This document shows, piece after piece, positions 11,440 through 19,427 of a stretch of 23,448 nt of DNA. The stretch spans positions 1-23,448 of the forward strand of contig NW_021836527.1 of assembly GCF_006345805.1 (NCBI RefSeq), read 5' to 3'. Below the pieces are notes generated by a model. That model ran no database searches. It was not told the DNA's origin and saw only the letters and a program-made list of their open reading frames with translations. This stretch comes from Octopus sinensis (Eukaryota). Position 1 is the first letter of the stretch. The number at the start of each line of letters is the position of its first letter. A program made the position numbers and the translations under genes.

Positions 11440-11839
11440 TATATATATACATATATAAAAGTGAAGTTGTGTGTCTGTCTCCTACGATTTACATTCCTAA
11501 CTACTCCCACATTTTGCGGTGCAGTTTAACCAAAAGCGGGTATCTTATAGTCGTGATTCATATCGAGCCCTTCTGGGTATTAGCGCGCGTCTACGATGAG
11601 TCTACGATTTAAAAAAAAAATTACTATCATTTTTTCCATTTTAATGCATTTTTTTCGCTATTATATAAGGGAAGTAACCCTCTAAAAATGTCTACGATGA
11701 GTCAACGATTTACAAAAATTACCATAATTTTTTTTCCATTTTTATGCATTTTTTTGCTATTTTTTTGGCTATAACTCTCTAAAAATGCTTATATAGTTAT
11801 TTTCCTTACAAACCCGATCAACGCCGGGCGATACTGCTA

Positions 11840-11840
<1 letters not shown>
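11440..11840 (+). mobile_element. Non-autonomous Helitron
   Basis: 3' end has a CCCG..CGCCGGG hairpin, then CGATACTG-CTAG|T (CTAG at 11837-11840). The 5' end is degenerate (ATATATAAAAGTG...). Contains an internal ~100-bp tandem duplication (TCTACGATGAGTC... at ~11590 and ~11690). The 3' ~110 bp is shared with the element at 13028-13407. Confidence 0.7.
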
Positions 11841-11888
<48 letters not shown>

Positions 11889-12427
11889 TGAGACAATTCC
11901 AGTTGTCTCGACATAAAACATTGTTTATTGTCATCCAATGCATGAACTCGATTTGATCATGTGATGTTTTTCACATCCACACTAGTAGGATTATTTAAGC
12001 TTACGTCGATTCGTCTAGAAAGGAAAAACACTATGTACTCTACGAGGTGACGTTACATAGACCATTGTTGTGAACTGGTTCTTCTTTATTCGCCTGAGCA
12101 CCCTTGTTATGGCACAGACAGTTCATTAGTGTATCGTGGGGAAAACTGGGGTTACAGTTCGCCTCTTCGCACTTGAGTTTCGAATTATTGCAATATTTAG
12201 ATCGTCTAGGGCGACGACCAGACTGAACAGGTAGCACGCCGGACAAAATGTTTAGCGGCATTTCGTCCGCCTGTACATTCTGAATTCAAATTCAGTTGAG
12301 GCTGACTTTACCTTTCATCTCATCGGAGTCGATAAAATAAGTACCATACAGTTATATATCTAAGAGATGAGGAATTATGTACGTTATTTACATTTGATGG
12401 ATATTTGTCCTCATCTTGTTTGTTGTT

Positions 12428-12474
12428 AGCACAACGTTTCGGCTGATATACCCTCCAGCCTTCTTCAGGTGTCT
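12428..12474 (-). ncRNA. Minimal type-I hammerhead ribozyme motif (core intact)
   Basis: Minus strand: AGACAC-CTGAAGA-A-GGCTG(GAGGGTATAT)CAGCC-GAA-ACGT-T-GTGCT. This gives the CUGANGA core, a 5-bp stem II, GAAA, a palindromic ACGU stem III, a GUU cleavage triplet and stem I CAC/GUG. Confidence 0.72.
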
Positions 12475-12570
12475 TGGGGAAATTTCGAACCTGGGTATTC
12501 CTAAGGTATTGTTCGATGTTGTAGTTATTATTATTATTATTATTATTATTTGTTGTTGTTGTTGTTGTTC

Positions 12571-12644
12571 AGGTCACTGCTTGGAATCGAACTCAGAATC
12601 TTGGGGTTAGTAGCCCCCGCTCTTAACCACTACGCCATATGCCC
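12571..12644 (-). promoter_or_regulatory. tRNA-derived Pol III head (intact A and B boxes)
   Basis: GGGCATA-TGGCGTAGTGG (A box 12637-12627, matches TRGCNNARYGG)...GGGG-CTACTAA-CCCC anticodon-like hairpin...GAGTTCGATTCC (B box 12594-12583). Acceptor and T stems pair poorly, so this is not a true tRNA. Confidence 0.8.
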
Positions 12645-12646
12645 GT

Positions 12647-12712
12647 GGGCTTAGTGGGTAAGAGCGCGGGCTACTAACCCCAAGATTCCGAGTTCGATTC
12701 AAAGCAGTGACC
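12647..12712 (+). promoter_or_regulatory. tRNA-derived Pol III head, A box partly deleted
   Basis: GGGCTTAGTGGGTAAGAGCGCGGGCTACTAACCCCAAGATTCCGAGTTCGATTC is the mirror copy of 12571-12644, lacking about 7 nt of ATATGGCG. Confidence 0.72.
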
Positions 12713-12767
12713 TGAACAATAATAATAATGCTAATAATATGAGAACCCAGGTTCGAAATTTCCGCAA

Positions 12768-12813
12768 GACACCTGAAGAAGGCTGGAGGGTATATCAGCC
12801 GAAGCGTTGTGTT
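12768..12813 (+). ncRNA. Minimal type-I hammerhead ribozyme motif (A15.1->G variant)
   Basis: GACAC-CTGAAGA-A-GGCTG(GAGGGTATAT)CAGCC-GAA-GCGT-T-GTGTT. Stem I GACAC/GTGTT is 5 bp with one G-U pair. GAAA has become GAAG. Confidence 0.62.
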
Positions 12814-13027
12814 AACAACAAACAAGATGAGGACAAATATCCATCGAATTTAAATAATGTAAATAATAAAATAAGTACCAGTCAGACACTGGGGTCGATG
12901 TAATCGATTTTAAACTTTCCCCCCGAAATTGCTGTTCTTGTCCCCAAATCCGAAACCAATAGTTAGTTCGTTCGTTTTATAAAGTTATATTCTGAATACA
13001 ATATTATTCGTCTTACTTTATAACATA

Positions 13028-13407
13028 CTAGCAGTATCGCCCGGCGTTGCTCGGGTTTGTAAGGGAAATAACTATAAAGCATTTTTAGAGAGTTATAGCC
13101 AATAAATAGCAAAAAAATGGAAAAAAAATGATGGTAATTTTTTTGAGAGTTAAAAAGGTCGAGTTGCATCCCCTAGACAGTCTGTGGTTTGTGTTTCTGA
13201 TTCTCGACCCCATGTCGATTTATCGATTTTTTTCAGAACTGGGGGAACTTTTCAAAATTTCGCTGCGTTAGTTTTGAATTATGGCATTGGGCTATGTGTG
13301 TGTCAAGTTTCATCAGAATCGGTTGAAAGCCGTGGTCAGGGTGAGGGTACAACCTAACAGACACACAGACACGCAGACAGACAAACTGCCGTTTATATAT
13401 AGAGAGA
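13028..13407 (-). mobile_element. Non-autonomous Helitron, full length
   Basis: Minus strand: A|TCTCTCTATATATAAACGGCAG ... CCCGAGCAACGCCGGG (hairpin) CGATACTG-CTAG|T. This is the canonical 5'-TC, 3' hairpin plus CTRR, inserted into an AT dinucleotide with no TSD. Carries an ACAG microsatellite near the 5' end. Confidence 0.85.
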
Positions 13408-13739
13408 TACGACGTACATTAAATCATTTTCTCTCTAGCACCGTCGTGAGGGCTATATCATTTACAAATCGTGGAGGATATACCACCAGCACTTCCCAAA
13501 CGATCTACATATTAGATTCAGAACTCATCCAGGGCTGGTGCTACGAGCCATATCATCCCTACACAATTCAGTCTCACAACACATACAGTCACTGTCACAC
13601 AGTTTCTTTTCCCGAATAGGCTCTGTTCTGTTTAACATCGTCCCAAAGTAAATAAAAAAAAAAAACTTCCCATCACCTTGAAACGAAACCTGGGGATACT
13701 TTTTCAAGGGATAGCCAAGCCCCTTACCACACAGCCTCG

Positions 13740-13777
<38 letters not shown>

Positions 13778-13784
13778 ATATCAG

Positions 13785-13973
13785 GATGCCATGATAGATC
13801 GTTAGCTCTTACACGCATTTTTTCCCCTGTTTGTTTTTTTCTGTGTATCTTTCTGTCGAAGAGCGTAGGTTCGAAACGTAAAATACTTTTTCTATTCCTG
13901 AGCGCTATACTAATACATTTGTTTGTTTGTACTCCACCTGCCTCGTCTTTTGTTTATTTTCGTAAACTTTCCC

Positions 13974-13975
<2 letters not shown>
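13785..13975 (+). mobile_element. Short interspersed repeat-like segment between (TA)n tracts carrying a hammerhead-like motif
   Basis: Non-microsatellite island flanked by (TA)n at 13742-13780 and from 13978. Contains CTGTCGA-A-GAGC(GTAG)GTTC-GAA-ACGT-A. A partial related segment (TTCCTGAGCG) occurs near 17137. Confidence 0.45.
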
Positions 13976-14017
<42 letters not shown>

Positions 14018-14149
14018 CAAATATATCCGATATATTTATTATATATATATATTTCCCCCATATATATATATAATATATATATCTATATATATATATAGAT
14101 ACTTATAAATATGCATATTTACATATACATACATATACATGTACGTACA

Positions 14150-14181
<32 letters not shown>

Positions 14182-14811
14182 AGCATGTGTGTGTATGTGT
14201 CTGTGCATGTATATACAGCTCATCATCTTTTCCTCCATAATTGATCATCCTAATAATAGATTACAACTCGCGTCTGGTTTTCTTTTCCAGTTATTAATTC
14301 CTATATTTTACATCTTCTTCTTCTTCTTCTGCTTCCCTCCCCACCTCCTCTTTTCTTTCCCCTTTCCGGTCTCATTCTTTTCACCATTTATTATTTTTTT
14401 CCTCTTTACTACCCTCACTTTTGCTTTTTTATATCTCATCCTATTCTATCCTAGACACCATTTTACAAAAAAAGAAAACCTCAAAAACCTCAGCATACCT
14501 ATTAGCCGAGTACACCCAATAATAACCACAAAAAATAAACAACCCACCTCCCCAAACAATAAGAAGGAACTCAATACTAACAATAAATCACATTAACAAT
14601 AAAGAAACTATAATTTTTCTCATCTTATTTCCATTTCTTCCACTGTTTACTAATTCCAATATCTTTCTTTTGTTCCTTCTTCGTATATTTTTTATATTTT
14701 TTGTTCCTCACCATCATGGCTTCTGATCGATATATAGTTTATCACCTTAAATGTCTGACCTCGAATAAAATGTCTTGTTATAACTAATATATATATATAT
14801 ATCGATGTTAA

Positions 14812-15030
14812 GGCGTCGAGCTCGACGAATTGTTTGCACGCCGAGCAAAATGTTTAATAGTATTTCGTCCGTTTTCATGTTCTGGGTTCAAATTCCGCTG
14901 CGGTCGACTGACTTTACCTGTCGTCCTCTCCGGGGGGTCAATAAAATAAGTTCCAGTTGAGCAGTGGGTGGGTAGATGTAATATCGACTTACCTCCTCCT
15001 CCAAATTGATGGTTTCGAGGCAAAATTTCA
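14812..15030 (+). mobile_element. SINE family A, diverged copy
   Basis: GGCGTCGAGCTC...GGGTTCAAATTCCGCTGCGGTCGAC...GGGGTCAATAAAATAAGTTCCAG...AAATTTCAAACC. Confidence 0.7.
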
Positions 15031-15051
15031 AACCGAGATTAAGACTGAGCA

Positions 15052-15237
15052 AGGTGGTGAGCCTCGCAAACTGCTAAGCGGCTTTTCGTCCGTCTTCAAG
15101 TTATGAGTTCAAATTCCGCCACGGTCGACTTTCCCTTTCACCCCTTCGAGGTCGATAAAATAAGTTCCAATCGACCAGCTCCTTCTCCCGAAATTTCTGG
15201 CCTTGCGTTAAAATTTAACACCAATATTATTATTATC
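15052..15237 (+). mobile_element. SINE family A with internal deletions
   Basis: GGTGGTGAGC...GAGTTCAAATTCCGCCACGGTCGACTTTCCCTTTCACCCCTTCGAGGTCGATAAAATAAG...GGCCTTGCG...ACCAA(TAT)n. Confidence 0.72.
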
Positions 15238-15244
15238 GTTAAAA

Positions 15245-16010
15245 GTGGTGAGCTGGCAGAATTGTTAGTATGCCGGGCGAAGTGCTTAGCGGTATTTCGT
15301 CTGCCGTTACATTCTGAGTTCAAATTCCGCCGAGATCGACTTTGCCTTTCATCCTTTCGGGGTCGATAAATTAAGTACCATTTACGCACTGGGGTCGATA
15401 TAATCAACTTAATCCCTTGTCTGTCCTTGTTTGTCCCCTCTGTGTTTAGCCCCTTGTGGATAGCAAAGAAATAGGTATTTCATCTGCCGTTACATTCTGA
15501 GTTCAAATTCCTTCGAGATCGACTTTGCCTTTCATCATTTCGGGGTCAATAAATTAAGTACCAGTTACGCACTGGGGTCGATATAATCAACTTAATCCCT
15601 TTGTCTGTCCTTGTTTGTCCCCTCTGTGTTTAGCCCCTTGTGGATAGCAAAGAAATAGGTATTTCATCTGCCGTTACATTCTGAGTTCAAATTCCTCCGA
15701 GATCGACTTGCCTTTCATCATTTCGAGGTCAATAAATTAAGTACCAGTTACGCACTGGGGTCGATATAATCAACTTAATCCCTTTGTCTGTCCTTGTTTG
15801 TCCCCTCTGTGTTTAGCCCCTTGTGGATAGCAAAGAAATAGGTATTTCATCTGCCGTTACATTCTGAGTTCAAATTCCTCCGAGATCGACTTTGCTTTTC
15901 ATCATTTCGGGGTCAATAGATTAAGTACCAGTTACGCACTGGGATCGATGTAATCGACTTAATCCCTTTATCTGTCCTTAGTTGTCCCCTCTGTGTTTAG
16001 CCCCTTGTGG
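15245..16010 (+). repeat. SINE-A head followed by four tandem ~184-bp SINE-body units
   Basis: Units begin GGTATTTC at 15291, 15474, 15658 and 15841 (periods 183, 184, 183). The first three end ...CCCCTTGTGGATAGCAAAGAAATA; the fourth stops at CCCCTTGTGG. Confidence 0.93.
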
Positions 16011-16014
16011 GGCT

Positions 16015-16204
16015 AAGAATTGTTAGTATGCCGGGCAAAATGCTTAACGGCATTTCGTCCGTCTTTACGTTCTGAGTTCAAATTCCACCGCAGCCGACTT
16101 TGCTTTTCATCCCTTCAAGAGGTACCAGTTGAATACTGGGGTGAATATGATCGACTAGCCCTTTCCCCCAAATTGCTGGCCTTGTGCCATAATTTGAAGC
16201 CAAT
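16015..16204 (+). mobile_element. SINE family A with the alternative tail
   Basis: AGAATTGTTAGTATGCCGGGC...GAGTTCAAATTCCACCG...GCTGGCCTTGTGCCATAATTTGAAGCCAAT. Confidence 0.78.
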
Positions 16205-16243
16205 ATATACATTGCTGCTGAATTTTGTGAGTTACCGTTGCAG

Positions 16244-16449
16244 ATTCTGATGTTGATGTTGCTGGTGTTGCCGTTTTCTATGTTGTTCATGCCAGGTAAA
16301 CCAATAATTGATTATACCTATCACTGATGACATTCCAAGCGTAGCCATCACATCGATATACCCTTTTTTGTTACCGCTTTGTTTTTGCCTCAGGTAACCG
16401 AGATCATGCTGACATACGACCACCAACCATGGCGGAAACGGCGTCATGA
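16244..16449 (+). other. Possible two-exon splice module or recursive splice site (unconfirmed)
   Basis: TTGCAG|52 nt|GTAAAC, then a 98-nt intron ending TTTGTTTTTGCCTCAG|GTAACC. The joined frame reads ILMLMLLVLPFSMLFMPGNRDHADIRPPTMAETAS*. AATAAA at 16556-16561. Confidence 0.25.
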
Positions 16450-16789
16450 TCATTATGCAACACAAAAATGGACGTCGTCACCAACGGAATTCAGCAACAA
16501 ACAATATGAACTGCAGAAGCCGCTAAATGCCAAGATCAGAAGCAACTTCCTAGCAAATAAATTCTTTACAAAATTTATCCAAAAAATGTTTTTCGCTTTC
16601 GCTTATACAACGAATTCTTCGGAAATTCTACAGTGGTGATATCAATAGTAAAACAGTAACTGAAAAATGTGCGTGTGTTTCACCATCTTGCATTATACGA
16701 GTCTTGCTGATAATGGATAGCACAGGCGCATGCTTTTCTCAGAAGTTTCTAATCCCTCTATTCAAAGACATATCAATGAATCAATCAAA

Positions 16790-16899
16790 TCTATCTATCT
16801 ATCTATCCATCCATCCATTTGTCTATCTATCTATCTACTATCTATCTATCTATCCATTTGTCTATCTATTTATCCATCTATCTATCCATTTGTCTATCC

Positions 16900-16930
<31 letters not shown>

Positions 16931-17030
16931 CAACTATCTATCCATTTGTCTATCTATCCATCTATCTATCTATTTATCTTTCTATCTATCTTTCTATCTA
17001 TCTGTCTGTCTGTCTGTCTCTATCTATGTA
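16790..17030. repeat. (TCTA)n/(TCCA)n tetranucleotide microsatellite
   Basis: Directly visible. Confidence 0.92.
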
Positions 17031-19002
17031 TGTTTGTCGGTGTGGCTGACTCTCTCTCTCCGTATTTATATAAGCTTATAATATATACATACTTACATAA
17101 ACGTGTATGTATATATATATATATATATATTCCATTTCCTGAGCGCCTATTAATAATAATACTGTAATTGTTCCATTGTTGTTGTTTTTTTGTTTTGCCG
17201 TTTGGATTAAAATTATATATATATATATATATTATTTGTATATATCTATATGTATGTATGTTTGTATGTATATATTCGTCATCAGCAGAAGAAATCAATT
17301 CATAGATTCGGGGCGATCCAACGACGACGATACACACACACATACACACACACACACCACTATATATATATATACATATATATATATATACATGCTTGTG
17401 TTGGTGTGCGTGTAGGCATGAATGTATAGATGGCTTGATGTATGTATTTCAGAACACAATGTAACACGGTGAAACTAATACATATCGATAACAAAACACA
17501 CAGGGCCTTACTGTATTTTACCCCCCACCCACTCCCACCCTACCCCCCCCACTTCTTTTTATCTCCCCTAAAACGAACGAACCCAAATCTTTTAACCGAG
17601 ATTTCCTTCTTAATCGTATGTAGTTGTCAAGTTAAATTAGCCAACACATGTCCCAGACATCAGTTGATGTTCACGTCCGATTGTCTCCCCTGGAGATTTC
17701 TGACTGCGACCGAGGGTTCCAGAACCCAAGGAAACACCCTTTCCAATCTGTTTTACTTTGTTTAGCTTTCAATTAAAGGCTATAACGAGAAAGGGGGCAA
17801 TATTTTCTCGGGCGTAGCCGTGTTTTATTGGTTATTCTATCTATCTATGTTCCATTTCTTTATTGTACACTGGCTTCTCTCTTTACATCCATCATACTCC
17901 CAGTCATTTATATACATGTATGTATGTATACTGTGTGTATATGTGAGTGTGTATGTGTGTGTAAGTGTTTAGTTTTCTGTATATCTATGTATATATGTGT
18001 TCACAGACGCATACGAATACATATATATACACCCACAGCCAGACAGTCACACTCAGATATATAATCATATATACGTGCTCTTTATATAACCCACACACAC
18101 ATATTTAATATTATATACATGTATATGCGTGTATATATATTGATGTGTATAAAGTAATATATATATATATAAAGGATACATAAGCTACATACATATATGT
18201 ATATATGTGTCTTATGTATCTCTATCACACACACGCATATATATATATATATATATATACACGTATATATAATATATATATATGCATATATATATATACA
18301 CGTATATATATATATATATATCTATATATATATATATATATAACCTATACGTATATTCAACTGTCTCTTCTGTACAGATGTGCACCCTTAAAAGAAGGCC
18401 AAACACCCTTTTTTCTCTAATCCCCGATAAAATAGTTAAAGGGTAGATAAACCCAAATAAATCATTATACGCATCTATCTTTTCCTTTCTCTCCCTCACC
18501 CTCTCTCTCCCTCCCTCTCTCTCCTCTCTGTAGCTTTCTCCGTCCTTCCTCCCTCTCTCTCTCTCTCTTTCTGTCTTTCTCATTCTGAGAGCGATAAGTG
18601 GGTGGTAGATGTTGTGCCACTGGCGCTGATGATGATGATAATGATGACGATGATGATGATGTTATTGATGGTGATGGGGGCAGGGTTAGAAAGTAGCTTA
18701 GCTTTGGATGGAGACTGTCCCCTGTTGGTGGGAGAGGCGCAGTTTGGGGGTTGGTCTGAGGTGTAAATTTCCAGGAACACGTTAATTCATAGTTGAATAA
18801 ATGTCGATAGGGTTCATGGCTGTAATGGTTACTAGATAATGTCTCTTGTACTGGTTGTTGTTGTTGTTGTTGCTGTAATTGATGTTGTTGTGGCTGTGGT
18901 GTTCATGATGCCGAGGAGGGTGGTGGGGCTGGTAGAGATTTCGATTATGAGAATTCTGAAAGTAGAGGGACTGGGCATTCTTTTCTTCTCTTCTCTTCTC
19001 TA

Positions 19003-19379
19003 TTCTTGTCTACTCTAGACACAAGGCCCGAAATTTGGGGGAGGGGGCCAGTTAAGTAGATCAACCCCAGTCCGCAACTGGTGCTTAAGTTATCGACCCC
19101 GAAAGGATGAAAGGCAAAGTCGGTCTCGGCGGAATTTGAAATCAGAACGTAAAGGCAGACGAAATCTTTTCTACTTTAAGCACAAGATCCGAAATTTTGG
19201 GGGGAAAGGGCCCAGTCGATTAGATCGACCCCAGTACGCAACTGATACTTAATTTAACGACCCCAAAAGGATGAAGAGTAAAGTCGACATCGGCGGAAAT
19301 TGAACTCAGAATGTAGCAGCAGGTGAAACGCCGCTAAGCATTTTGCCCGACGTGCTAACAATTCTGCCAGCTCGCCGCC
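19003..19379 (-). mobile_element. SINE family A dimer (full copy 19166-19379 plus body copy 19003-19165)
   Basis: Head GGCGGCGAGCTGGCAGAATTGTTAGCACG starts at 19379. The tail ...CTTGTGCTTAAAGTAGAAAAG joins directly to ATTTCGTCTGCC at 19166/19165. Confidence 0.85.
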
Positions 19380-19381
19380 TT

Positions 19382-19419
<38 letters not shown>

Positions 19420-19427
19420 GGAGAATG

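Larger units (their letters stand above)
12347..12865. mobile_element. Palindromic retroposon: two divergent tRNA-like heads, each followed by (AAT)n and a hammerhead-ribozyme tail; 15-bp TSD
   Basis: Dyad centre GCCC-GT-GGGC at 12641-12650. Outer arms 12376-12500 and 12741-12864 are reverse complements with about 7 mismatches in ~120 nt by manual count. TSD ATAAAATAAGTACCA at 12332-12346 and 12866-12880. Confidence 0.88.
12209..12960 (+). mobile_element. Diverged SINE-A copy split by the palindromic hammerhead element
   Basis: 5' part 12209-12346 (..TAGCACGCCGGACAAAATGTTTAGCGGCATTTCGTCC..GAATTCAAATTC..GTCGATAAAATAAGTACCA). It resumes at 12866-12960 (ATAAAATAAGTACCAGTCAGACACTGGGGTCGATG..GAAACCAAT). 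Confidence 0.8.

Noticed and set aside
11990-12208. Cys-rich 73-aa ORF (12040-12261 -) as a small secreted peptide
   Set aside because: The start lies inside a SINE-A remnant, and there is no signal peptide or recognisable cysteine pattern.
12571-12712. Two tRNA-Ser(ACT)-like genes
   Set aside because: The anticodon-like loop CTACTAA is present, but the acceptor, D and T stems pair poorly and the heads are fused to repeat bodies. These are SINE heads, not tRNA genes.
15291-16010. CRISPR-like array
   Set aside because: The ~184-bp units are near-identical along their whole length with no unique spacers, the sequence is SINE-derived, and the context is eukaryotic.
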